A stretch of DNA of 64,000 nucleotides from assembly GCA_017942005.1 (NCBI GenBank), contig JAGAVJ010000003.1:101700-165699 (forward strand), given 5' to 3'. The notes beneath the pieces were generated by a model that searched no databases, was not told the origin of the DNA, and saw only the letters and a program-made list of their open reading frames with translations. Shown here piece by piece: positions 18,691 to 28,110 of this stretch (position 1 is the first letter of the stretch; every line of letters begins with the position of its first letter). A program made the position numbers and the translations under genes. The stretch comes from Clostridia bacterium (GTDB lineage: Bacteria; Bacillota; Clostridia; Oscillospirales; CAG-272).

Positions 18691-19017
18691 TTACAGCGAA
18701 AAGCTTCCGTCTGTCTCTTTTTCATCCTTATGGCACAAAACGCTTGTCCCATTGTCATAGGCTTCCCGTTCTGCATGGTATGCGGCGATGACCGCCTGCT
18801 CCAGCATAGCGCGGAAATCCATATTGATGGGATGCACAATGTCACGGAAGGTTCCATCCGGATTTTTTCTGCTGGGCATGACGATAAAATGCTTGTCTCT
18901 CGCATAAATGACTTTGATGTCGTGCACAGCAAGCGCATGGTCGAAGGTCACGGAGACGATCGCCTTCATCGGACCATCATCAAAAAGCTTTCTGATTTTG
19001 ATATCTGTGATTGTCAT
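18691..19017 (-). CDS. spoVG: septation/regulatory protein SpoVG
   Basis: MTITDIKIRKLFDDGPMKAIVSVTFDHALAVHDIKVIYARDKHFIVMPSRK..DG.FRDIVHPIN is a near-canonical SpoVG sequence. RBS GGAAG 7 nt upstream. Confidence 0.95.
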   Translation of the reverse strand: MTITDIKIRKLFDDGPMKAIVSVTFDHALAVHDIKVIYARDKHFIVMPSRKNPDGTFRDIVHPINMDFRAMLEQAVIAAYHAEREAYDNGTSVLCHKDEKETDGSFSL

Positions 19018-19362
19018 GACTTAACTTCCTTTCTTTATCGATGTTTTATGACAGCTTCATGAAGCAAAAACACAGGGACTGACAAATCGCCAAGCATAGG
19101 CATAAAGTCCGGAGAGCCCCACACGGCACCCAAGGTGTCGGTGGCATCCAAACCCGCATAGGCTTCGCCTGCCAATCGAAACTGGTTTCTTTCGCTTATC
19201 GCATTTATTATTATACACAATAATTGTGACGTGTATATCTATGAAAAGTAAGGTCTTTCTGAATAATTTATGACCTGTCTATGACCATATCTGCGAATGT
19301 GACGGCATTTTGACGAAAGTGAAAGAATCTTCACACAATATGTTGAATGGGAGAACACATAC

Positions 19363-20799
19363 ATGGAACATACAGAGAAAAGTATAATTATGCATTCCAT
19401 AGAACAGCTGGAAGCGTTATTGCCAAAAGATCGGCGGCTGTTCTTTATCGGTATCGGCGGCGTCTCCATGAGTGCGCTTGCAATGATTGCAAAAGAACAG
19501 GGTTACACGGTAGGTGGCTCGGATCGGGCAGTATCTCACAATACAGAAATGCTGCGGGATGCTGGTATTACGGTGTTTGACAGCCACGACGAAAGCCACA
19601 TAAAAGGCTACGATGCCATCATCTACAACGCCGCTATCGGAGAAGAAAATCCCGAATACAAAGCGGCAAAGGAAGCGGGGCTGCCGCTTATTTACCGATC
19701 CTGCTTTCTGTCCTTTCTGATGCGCGGCTACAAGCACGGCATTGGCGTGGCTGGCATGCACGGCAAAACAACCACCTCCGCCATGCTTTCCCACCTATTT
19801 CTGTATGCAAACCGTGATCCTGCCATTTTGATCGGTGCAGAGCTTCCGGAAATCGGGCACGATTTCCGCTCTGGCAGTGGGGATGACTTCATCTTTGAAG
19901 CCTGCGAATACAAGGATTCTTTCCTTTCCTTTCACCCCAGTGTTGCGGTGGTGCTGAACGAGGAAATGGATCACCCGGACTACTTCAAATCGCTTGCACA
20001 GATCAGGGATTCCTTTCACCGGTATATGCAGATTCCGGGCGAAGGCGGCTGCGATATCATCAACTGCGACGACGAAAATGTGTTGGAAAGTGCAAAGGGC
20101 GTCTCTGCCCGGCGCATTACCTTTGGTATTCAAAATCCGGACGCCGACTACCGTGCCTGTGATATCTCCTTTTCAGACGACGGCTGCGGACGGTTCACTG
20201 TATACAAAAAAGATGCGGAGCATTCTTCTGTCCCCTTCTGCCATATTGCGCTTTCCGTTTCCGGCATGCACAACGTTTCAAACGCCCTTGCCTGTGCAGC
20301 GGCTGCGGACGTATGCGGTATTGACGCCGATACCATTGCATCCGGACTTTCCTCCTTTACAGGAGCAGGCAGACGTATGGAATACAAAGGACATCTGCGG
20401 GACTGTGCAGTAAAAGTGCCTGTATACGATGACTTCGGACATCATCCGTCGGAAATCAAAACGACGCTGGAGGGTGCGCGCCGCATGCACTGCCGCCGTC
20501 TGCGCTGTGTCTATCAGCCGCACACCTATTCACGAACCGCCGGACTCTTCGATGCGTTCTGCACCGCCTTTGACGCCTGCGACGAGGTCATATTTGTCGA
20601 TATTTATGCGGCACGTGAGACAAACACCTTCGGCGTTTCCTCCGAACAGCTTGCCGCAAAAATCCCGCATGCAGCGTATGATCCGGACCTTGCACACCTA
20701 TATTCCTATTTGAAGGAAAGTTCACAGGAAGGCGACCTTCTGGTCATCATGGGTGCGGGGGATATTGCAAAATTTGCCGAGCAGATTGCGGAAAAATAA
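19363..20799 (+). CDS. murC: UDP-N-acetylmuramate--L-alanine ligase
   Basis: FFIGIGGVSMSALA, GMHGKTTTS and Mur ligase middle/C-terminal domains. RBS GGGAGA. Confidence 0.9.
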   Translation: MEHTEKSIIMHSIEQLEALLPKDRRLFFIGIGGVSMSALAMIAKEQGYTVGGSDRAVSHNTEMLRDAGITVFDSHDESHIKGYDAIIYNAAIGEENPEYKAAKEAGLPLIYRSCFLSFLMRGYKHGIGVAGMHGKTTTSAMLSHLFLYANRDPAILIGAELPEIGHDFRSGSGDDFIFEACEYKDSFLSFHPSVAVVLNEEMDHPDYFKSLAQIRDSFHRYMQIPGEGGCDIINCDDENVLESAKGVSARRITFGIQNPDADYRACDISFSDDGCGRFTVYKKDAEHSSVPFCHIALSVSGMHNVSNALACAAAADVCGIDADTIASGLSSFTGAGRRMEYKGHLRDCAVKVPVYDDFGHHPSEIKTTLEGARRMHCRRLRCVYQPHTYSRTAGLFDAFCTAFDACDEVIFVDIYAARETNTFGVSSEQLAAKIPHAAYDPDLAHLYSYLKESSQEGDLLVIMGAGDIAKFAEQIAEK

Positions 20800-20838
20800 C
20801 GGAACTCCACACTGCGACACAATCCCGTATAGAATTTC

Positions 20839-20876
20839 AAAGCGCACAGAGAACAGCCGTTCTTTGTGCGCTTTTT
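20839..20876 (+). terminator. Rho-independent terminator of murC
   Basis: AAAGCGCACAGAGAAC-AGCC-GTTCTTTGTGCGCTTT (16 bp stem, one G-U pair) running into TTTTT. Confidence 0.8.
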
Positions 20877-20973
20877 ACAAATATAGATGTCAAAATTTGT
20901 ATAAGTTAATCAAATAAAAGTCTTTACAAATGTTGAAAAATCTGTTATAATAATATTGTAAACAGAAGCTTTA

Positions 20974-21176
20974 ATTCGGTACAGAGAGACCGGCAAGTTT
21001 TTTTCATATAAAAAATCCGAGATGAATGGTATGGCACATCCGAGTCCCCAAAGGTGAAGGGTAACGATAGATCACGGAAAAGCCGCATAATACCGTCTCC
21101 GGAAAGCGGACGACTGCGATCTTGCCGTGTATCCAAACGTAATTTTGATTGGGATACAGCAGGATCTTTTATTTTT
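20974..21176 (+). promoter_or_regulatory. candidate PyrR-dependent attenuator leader of pyrR-pyrP
   Basis: CGGT-ACAGAGAG-ACCG (20977-20992) resembles the PyrR binding loop core CAGAGAG. Terminator GATCTTGCCGTGTATCC...GGATACAGCAGGATC + TTTTATTTTT (21118-21176) lies about 30 nt before the pyrR start. Confidence 0.5.
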
Positions 21177-21203
21177 GCAAAAAATCGTGGAGTGCAAGGG
21201 GGC

Positions 21204-21821
21204 ATGCGAACAGCGATGACAGAAAATATACGGACAATTAAGGCAGCACTGATGGACGAAGCCGGTGTACGGCGGGCGCTCATGCGCATCACACACGAAA
21301 TTATTGAGCGGAACAAGGGCTGCCAAAATCTCTGCCTTGTCGGCATCCGGCGGCGTGGTGTTCCGCTTGCGGCGCTGCTTCGGCGTAATTTAGAAGCAGT
21401 AGAAGGCGTAAACGTACCGCTTTTGGAAATGGATATTACCATGTACCGCGACGATCTGCCAAAAAACACAGAGGAAGCTGCGCCGTTATCCAAAAGTGCG
21501 TCTCCCTTTTCATCCGGCGATGCAGATATTCACGGCAAGACCGTGATTTTGGTGGACGACGTGATTTACACAGGACGCACGATTCGTGCAGCGATAGAAG
21601 CGCTGTTTGCAGGCGGAAGACCGGAAGCGGTTCAGCTTGCGGTTTTGATTGACCGCGGTCACAGAGAGCTTCCCATCCGTCCGGACTATGTAGGCAAAAA
21701 TGTTCCAACCTCGCATGACGAATCCATTGACGTACACATCACGGAAGTGGACGGAGATACTGCGGTGTATCTTTGCGACAGCCGTTCGCGGCCATTTTTT
21801 ACGCGGGAAACGCAAAACTGA
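21204..21821 (+). CDS. pyrR: bifunctional pyr operon regulator / uracil phosphoribosyltransferase PyrR
   Basis: [17 protein letters not shown]...[12 protein letters not shown]...ITMYRDDL...[16 protein letters not shown]. Start could be ATG 21204 or 21216. Confidence 0.9.
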   Translation: MRTAMTENIRTIKAALMDEAGVRRALMRITHEIIERNKGCQNLCLVGIRRRGVPLAALLRRNLEAVEGVNVPLLEMDITMYRDDLPKNTEEAAPLSKSASPFSSGDADIHGKTVILVDDVIYTGRTIRAAIEALFAGGRPEAVQLAVLIDRGHRELPIRPDYVGKNVPTSHDESIDVHITEVDGDTAVYLCDSRSRPFFTRETQN

Positions 21822-21896
21822 TGATTTTACGCCCCCGCCATGCGTGATGGGACGTGCATCATATATATGGAAATCTACAATGGAGGAATTTTTCAC

Positions 21897-23234
21897 ATGA
21901 AACTGACCTATGACATCCACGAAAAACCAAAGTTCGGACAGAATCTCGTTTTTGCGATTCAGCAGCTGTTGGCAATTATCGCAGCGACTCTGCTTGTCCC
22001 AACGCTGGTCAACCTCTCCAACGGCGGTACCCTCACCATGGACCAACCCGCAGCACTGTTCGGCGCAGGTGTCGGAACCCTGTGCTACATCCTCATCACA
22101 AGACGCAAAAGCCCTGTGTTCTTAGGATCATCCTTTGCATTTATCAGTCCTCTGATCGGCGCATGCGCCTACGGCTTCGGCGGCATCATCGTCGGCTCCT
22201 TTATCGCCGGTCTTGTATACGTTATCATTTCCGTCATTATGCATTTTACCGGGACGGCATGGGTCAACAAGCTTCTGCCTCCGGTGATCATCGGTCCGAC
22301 CGTCGCTTTGATCGGTCTTTCCCTCTGCGGTTCTGCGGTCAACAACTTAAACAATACTGCCGCTGGGGACTATAACCTCTTTGCAATTCTTACCGGTATC
22401 GTCACGTTTCTTGTCACCGTCATCGCATCCGTCAAGGGTTCCCGTATGATGAAGCTGATTCCGTTTATCATCGGTATCGGCGCAGGATATGTCTTTGCAT
22501 CGCTTCTGACCCTGATTGGAACGCTTGCAAATGTTCCGTCCATGCAGCTGGTCAACTATACCGCGCTGACCTCCATGACAAGCATTCTCCATGTGCCGCA
22601 GTTTACCATTGCAGAAGCCGTCAAGGAAGGCTTTTCCGGTATTGACGGTGCTGCCATTGCAGCGCTTGCCGCACTGTTTGCGCCGGTTGCATTTGTCACA
22701 CTGGCAGAACACATCGGCGACCACAAAAATCTTTCCACGATCATTGACCGCGATTTGATCACCGATCCGGGTCTTGACAAGACCATTATGGGCGACGGCG
22801 TCGGCTCCATCGCTGGTGCACTGTTCGGCGGATGCCCGAATACCACCTACGGCGAATGTGTCGGCTGTGTCGCAATTACAGGAAATGCATCAATCTATAC
22901 CATCTGCACCACAGCAATTTTAGCCATGCTCCTTTCCTTCTTTAATCCCTTTGTACAGTTTGTCAACACCATCCCCAACTGTGTTGTCGGCGGTATATGC
23001 ATCGCACTGTACGGCTTTATCGCAGTCTCCGGTCTGAAGATGATTCAGAACGTTGACCTGGGTGAAAACCGCAATCTGTTCGTCGTCGCTTCTATTCTTG
23101 TTCCCGGTATCGGCGGTCTGACCCTGAACTTTGGCGCAATCACCCTGACCAACATTGCAACCGCGCTGATTCTCGGCATCATCACAAACGCAATTCTTTC
23201 CATTGGAATAAAGAAGCCGGAAGACAAGGCATAA
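21897..23234 (+). CDS. pyrP: uracil permease (NCS2 family)
   Basis: ATG 21897 after GGAGGA. KPKFGQNLVFAIQQLLAI N-terminus and about 12 TM segments. Position downstream of pyrR. Confidence 0.8.
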   Translation: MKLTYDIHEKPKFGQNLVFAIQQLLAIIAATLLVPTLVNLSNGGTLTMDQPAALFGAGVGTLCYILITRRKSPVFLGSSFAFISPLIGACAYGFGGIIVGSFIAGLVYVIISVIMHFTGTAWVNKLLPPVIIGPTVALIGLSLCGSAVNNLNNTAAGDYNLFAILTGIVTFLVTVIASVKGSRMMKLIPFIIGIGAGYVFASLLTLIGTLANVPSMQLVNYTALTSMTSILHVPQFTIAEAVKEGFSGIDGAAIAALAALFAPVAFVTLAEHIGDHKNLSTIIDRDLITDPGLDKTIMGDGVGSIAGALFGGCPNTTYGECVGCVAITGNASIYTICTTAILAMLLSFFNPFVQFVNTIPNCVVGGICIALYGFIAVSGLKMIQNVDLGENRNLFVVASILVPGIGGLTLNFGAITLTNIATALILGIITNAILSIGIKKPEDKA

Positions 23235-23248
23235 ATCTTATTTTATAT

Positions 23249-23293
23249 AAAAAACCCGGACATCACGCCACTTTTGTGATGTCCGGTTTTTTT
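23249..23293. terminator. bidirectional Rho-independent terminator
   Basis: AAAAA-CCGGACATCAC-GCCACTTTT-GTGATGTCCGG-TTTTTTT, between convergent pyrP and the XRE gene. Confidence 0.85.
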
Positions 23294-23345
23294 GAAACGT
23301 TCCTTTCTGCGTTTGCGGCTCTTTTGCCTTTAACCTTTCAGCCGT

Positions 23346-23867
23346 TCAGCCTTTCAGATTCCGCAGTTTCTTGAGCAGACGCACTTTTGCCGCGCGAATT
23401 TTTGCACCGTAGCGGCTGGTATAGAGGACCCCCGTCAGCAGGGTTCCTGTCACAAAGCCAAGCGCAACATTAATGATAGATTCATATGGCTCCACCAAAG
23501 ACAACCCCATCAGGTCAATGACAGCATACACAACGATTCCGATCAGTGAAATGGTAAACATGATACACATTCTTCTTGAAAAAAAGCGTTTCTCCTCATT
23601 GCTGTAATCTGCAATATTCAGCATCAATTTTTCCGTTTCCTTTTCCATACAATTTGTTTTCCTTTCTCCTTCTAAAATTTCGCCAACCTCGACATCATAG
23701 TAGTTTGCCAGCTCGATCAAAAGATCCAAGTCCGGCATGGTCATTCCGTTTTCCCAGCGGGAAATACTCCGGTTCGATACACCAAGCAATTCTGCAAGCG
23801 CGGTCTGCGTAAGGGCTTTTTCCGTCCGCAGTTCCTTTAAAAACGAACTTACTTTTTGTTGATTCAT
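23346..23867 (-). CDS. XRE-family HTH protein with C-terminal transmembrane segments
   Basis: ATG 23867. FLKELRTEKALTQTALAELLGVSNRSISRWENG HTH motif. Two hydrophobic helices in the C-terminal half. Confidence 0.75.
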   Translation of the reverse strand: MNQQKVSSFLKELRTEKALTQTALAELLGVSNRSISRWENGMTMPDLDLLIELANYYDVEVGEILEGERKTNCMEKETEKLMLNIADYSNEEKRFFSRRMCIMFTISLIGIVVYAVIDLMGLSLVEPYESIINVALGFVTGTLLTGVLYTSRYGAKIRAAKVRLLKKLRNLKG

Positions 23868-24037
23868 TGTCTGTTCTACCTTCCGTATGTTCAGCTTCAC
23901 TGAAACGTTCAGCATTGCTGAACGGTGCGAAGGTTTTCCTCCTTTCTTGACTATCATTATACCATGATTTCAAGGAGTTGTACAGGTCAGGCGCTGAGAA
24001 TATGGCTTTTTTCTGCCTGACACAGGCTGAGAATGCG

Positions 24038-24208
24038 ATATTTTGGATAAAAGTTTTTGCGGTGGAGTTTGGGACTGCTGCAAGTTGCAAACTTGCAGCA
24101 GCCCGGGATCACGAAGTGATCCGAATTCGCCTTTTCGCTTGGAAAAGCGAAAAGGCGAATTTTAAAGGCTGACGCATGTAAATGCGACAGCCCGGTCGGA
24201 CTCACGTT
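24038..24208. mobile_element. MITE-like element arm carrying the nested hairpin cassette in inverted orientation
   Basis: ATATTTTGGATAAAAGTTTTTGCGGTGGAGTTTG block. Cassette 24075-24193 is the reverse complement of 11345-11488 (apart from a central segment). Ends GGACTCACGTT. Confidence 0.65.
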
Positions 24209-24445
24209 AAAAACAGATCATAAAGGGAATGCAGATAATGAAAACAGGCAGCGCCGTGCGGATATGACGGACGGTTCTCCTAAGTGTTTCCAACCGATGT
24301 TTTACACACTGTCTCCCCTCTTTTTATCTCAGCACACCGCATCCCCATAAAAAAATTTTTTAATAAGACAGGAACCAAATTCATTTTTTACACACTATAT
24401 TTATGAAAAGAAATTTTCAATCACAGGAAGGAGTGAGACATACGC

Positions 24446-25538
24446 ATGGCTGGAAATGACGCAAACACCATGACACAGGCGCTGATACGGAAATTTACCG
24501 ACAGTTATATGGAAACGCTTTTCTACTTCTGTCTGAAAAAAACCGGAAACAATACCGATGCAGAAAACTTAACACAGGACATCGCACTGCAAATCTTATC
24601 TGCACTCTCACACGGAACAATCCCCACATCATTTTCCGCATGGGTCTGGCAGATCGCGCGCAACCGCTATGCGGTATGGGCAAACGGCAAGCATCAAAGC
24701 GCAGAGACCGTAACCGGTTCTGACATCGGCGACTACGAGATGGAAGACGAAGGAGAAAGCGTACCTGACACGTTGATTCACGCAGAACAGCTTTCGCTTC
24801 TCCGACGGGAGCTTGCATTTATCAAAAATGAATACCGCAGTCTTTTGGTTGCTTATTACATGGAACAAAAACGGCTGCGTGAAATTGCCGATGCACTGCA
24901 CCTTTCTGAAAATGCGGTAAAAAAACGCCTTTGCCGCGCGTGCGTATACCGCGCGTCCGGACGGCGGCATGTGGGACCTCATCGGGTATCAATGCTGCGG
25001 CGTCACAGAACCGAACTTTGTCGGAAACCACGGCTCCGGCAGCGGCTTCCAGCAATTCCGATATGAGTTCGACGGCATTGCAGACCGTACACCGCCGTTT
25101 CTGACAGAGGAAGAAGCCCGCGTCCTTCGCAGCTATGTCACAAAAACAGAATCCCAGACGGAGCGTGAAACGGCATCCAGACTGTATACGTATGGATATC
25201 TGAACAAAGACGGCGATTCTTACACACCGAACATCCTCGTATTTTCAACAGACGAAATCAAAGAACGTATCCGTTCCTTTGACAGTGATACCATAAAGAC
25301 ACTGACAGCACTGGCAGAAGACGCAGCTTGTCAAATGGAAACGCTGTATCATACCGTTGCCGACAACATCCGGTCCGATTTGCCGGAGCTGTTCCGCGAG
25401 GATAATTACCAGTGCGGGCTTGCTATCGATAATTGCTGCTTCGCACGCGGCTATATCATGGCAGAAGCACTGCGCAAAGGCTATCTCCTTCCCGCAGACA
25501 AGGTCAATGCAGCCATTGGCGCGCATATGTATTTATAA
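24446..25538 (+). pseudogene. sigma-70 (ECF-like) factor gene with extended C-terminal domain, split over two frames
   Basis: Frame A (24446..25066) has region 2 (FSAWVWQIARNRY) and region 4 (LREIADALHLSENAVKKRLCRA), then runs into Arg-rich nonsense. Frame B is open from 24921 to 25538 and encodes a well-behaved 189+ aa domain. The two frames overlap by 146 nt. Confidence 0.55.
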
Positions 25539-25594
25539 TATGAACAGAAAGCCTTGCAAGCAAACATTTTTGCTTCATGGTACAACAAACATCG

Positions 25595-25632
25595 GCACTA
25601 CTGCAAATTTAAATTCGCAGTAGTGCTTTTTT
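25595..25632 (+). terminator. Rho-independent terminator
   Basis: GCACTACTGCAAATTT/AAATTCGCAGTAGTGC followed by TTTTTT. Confidence 0.8.
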
Positions 25633-25699
25633 CGTAAAAACCGAAGTATTCGACTTTTATTACCTCGTAAATTGTGTTCTGACCGTCTCGTTTTTAAAG

Positions 25700-25715
25700 T
25701 GTTTCACGTGAAACA
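25700..25715. other. parS centromere-like site (perfect palindrome)
   Basis: TGTTTCACGTGAAACA matches the Firmicute parS consensus TGTTNCACGTGAAACA. Intergenic, upstream of lepA. Confidence 0.8.
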
Positions 25716-26005
25716 TAGATTTTCCAACGATTCCAGAAAAACCCTGCATACTGCAACTCCGTTGACATGATTTTGATGCTTTTGTTTTCCCGCCTGCATT
25801 TCGCTTCCAGACAATTCCCTTTTTAAAGCACAAAAGTCTAAAAAGCGACAGCAATCCTACCGGAATGTCATCGCAACGTTTTACTTTTTTGTAAAATATC
25901 CGCTCAAAGCCTTGCGCTGTCTGTCATTTTGTTATATAATAAGACGATATAATGAAATGCATATTCGTAAATAAAAAAATATAGAGAAAAAGGATTACAC
26001 AATCG

Positions 26006-27817
26006 ATGGCAAATCAGGATCATATCAGAAATTTCTGTATTATCGCACATATCGACCACGGCAAATCGACGCTTGCCGACCGTCTTCTGGAAAAAACCGA
26101 CACCGTTTCCCAACGCGACATGGAAGAGCAGCTGCTTGATAACATGGATATCGAACGCGAACGCGGCATCACCATCAAAGCACGCGCCGTACACCTTTCC
26201 TATACTGCCTCTGACGGAGAAGTGTATGCACTCAATTTGATTGACACTCCCGGTCATGTAGACTTTAACTATGAAGTTTCCCGCTCTTTGAACGCCTGCG
26301 AGGGTGCAATCCTGATTGTAGACGCAACGCAGGGAGTGGAAGCACAAACCCTCGCCAATGCGTTTCTTGCAGTGGACAACAATCTGGAGATTCTCCCGGT
26401 TATCAATAAAATCGATCTACCTTCGGCGGACGTTTCACGTGTACAGGCAGAAATTGAGGACATCATCGGCATTCCGGCAGAAGGCTGCCCTGCGATATCT
26501 GCAAAGACCGGGCAAAACGTCGGCGATGTACTGGAACGGATTGTCACCGATATTCCGGCGCCAATGGGTGATCCGTCCGCACCTTTGAAGGCACTCATTT
26601 TTGACTCCTATTATGACCCCTATCTCGGTGTGGTCGTCAACATTCGTATTTTTGACGGCACCCTGCGTGCAGGACAGCGTATCCGCATGATGCACACCGG
26701 CGCAGAATTTGACGTTGTTGAGGTCGGTTCTATGGAACCGTTCGGTCTTCGTGCCGCAGAGGTTCTGTCGGCAGGTGACGTCGGCTATATCACCGCATCC
26801 ATCAAAAATGTTGCAGATACCCGTGTCGGCGACACCGTAACGACCGTAGAAGGCGGCACAGCGGAACCACTCCCCGGCTTTAAAAAGGCACAGCCTATGG
26901 TCTATTCCGGCATTTATCCTGCGGACAGTGCCCGTTACCCTGAGCTGCGGGAAGCACTGGAAAAGCTGCAATTGAACGACGCCGCATTAACGTTTGAGCC
27001 TGAAACCTCTGCTGCGCTGGGATTTGGCTTCCGCTGCGGATTTTTGGGTCTGCTGCATATGGAAATTATCGGAGAGCGTCTGGAACGCGAATTCAACCTG
27101 GATTTAATCACAACCGTTCCCAGCGTTATATACAAAATTACAAAGAAAAATGGCGAAGTCCTGATGATCGACAACCCGCTGGAATTCCCGGTACCGGAAG
27201 AAATTGAGGTTGCAGAAGAACCGGTTGTCAAGGCAAGCATTCTCACGCCAAACGACTATGTCGGCAGCATCATGCAGCTGTGCCAGGATCGGCGCGGTAC
27301 CTTCATCGACATGAAATATATAGAAAACGACCGTGTTGAGCTGCACTATCATTTGCCGTTAAATGAGATTATTTACGACTTTTTTGACGCTCTTAAAAGC
27401 CGTTCCAAGGGGTACGCTTCTCTTGACTATGAGCTGCTCGGCTACGAACCGTCGAAACTGGTCAAGCTCGATATTTTATTAAACGGCGATCTCGTAGACG
27501 CCCTTTCCTTTATTGTGTTTGCCGACAACGCCTATACCCGCGGCAGAAAAATCGTGGAAAAGCTGCGTGACAACATTCCGCGCCAGCTGTTTGAAATTCC
27601 AGTGCAGGCTGCCATTGGCGGCAAGGTGATTGCACGTGAAACCGTCCGCGCTATGCGCAAGGACGTGCTTGCCAAGTGTTATGGCGGTGACATTACCCGC
27701 AAAAAGAAGCTGCTTGAAAAACAGAAGGAAGGAAAGAAGCGTATGCGCCAATTTGGCTCTGTCGAGGTTCCGCCGGAAGCCTTTATGGCGGTGCTTAAGC
27801 TGGACGACGAGGACTGA
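26006..27817 (+). CDS. lepA: translation elongation factor 4 (LepA)
   Basis: [35 protein letters not shown] and the LepA C-terminal domain. Confidence 0.95.
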   Translation: MANQDHIRNFCIIAHIDHGKSTLADRLLEKTDTVSQRDMEEQLLDNMDIERERGITIKARAVHLSYTASDGEVYALNLIDTPGHVDFNYEVSRSLNACEGAILIVDATQGVEAQTLANAFLAVDNNLEILPVINKIDLPSADVSRVQAEIEDIIGIPAEGCPAISAKTGQNVGDVLERIVTDIPAPMGDPSAPLKALIFDSYYDPYLGVVVNIRIFDGTLRAGQRIRMMHTGAEFDVVEVGSMEPFGLRAAEVLSAGDVGYITASIKNVADTRVGDTVTTVEGGTAEPLPGFKKAQPMVYSGIYPADSARYPELREALEKLQLNDAALTFEPETSAALGFGFRCGFLGLLHMEIIGERLEREFNLDLITTVPSVIYKITKKNGEVLMIDNPLEFPVPEEIEVAEEPVVKASILTPNDYVGSIMQLCQDRRGTFIDMKYIENDRVELHYHLPLNEIIYDFFDALKSRSKGYASLDYELLGYEPSKLVKLDILLNGDLVDALSFIVFADNAYTRGRKIVEKLRDNIPRQLFEIPVQAAIGGKVIARETVRAMRKDVLAKCYGGDITRKKKLLEKQKEGKKRMRQFGSVEVPPEAFMAVLKLDDED

Positions 27818-27860
27818 CGCACAAGCTGCCGCTGTTTTTGATTGGGACGACTATATATAC

Positions 27861-27917
27861 CCAAGGGGCCTTTTTGAAAAAAGTCCCCTTGGAACCCCCA
27901 AAAACTTTTATTTTGGG
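27861..27917. repeat. palindromic unit of the repeat family
   Basis: CCAAGGGGCCTTTTTGAAAAAAGTCCCCTTGG + AACCCCCAAAAACTTTTATTTTGGGG, 44 nt after the lepA stop. Confidence 0.7.
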
Positions 27918-28110
27918 GAATGATTTTTATGCTTTGTTTTGTAATGAAAACTTTTTTCTAAAGTTTTATCTATGTTCTGCGCGCCCTAATCCTTGCTTTT
28001 AACCCCCTCCGTTAACGAAAACTCCAAATAGAAATTTTACGTTGAAAACGCTGAATTTCTAATGTAGAAAGGAGATTGCTTTTACCTTTGTAAAAGCTAC
28101 AGTCATCATC

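Noticed and set aside
20851-20862. Perfect GAAC-N4-GTTC (SOS-box core) upstream of pyrR
   Set aside because: It forms the apex of the murC terminator hairpin, has a GC-rich spacer (AGCC), and is not positioned at a promoter.
26421-26436. Additional parS-like sequences (CGTTTCACGTGTACAG here, TGTTTTACGTGAAAAT near 30831, ATTGCACGTGAAACCG near 27630)
   Set aside because: Each has three or more mismatches to the 16-mer, including positions in one half-site. All lie inside coding sequence.
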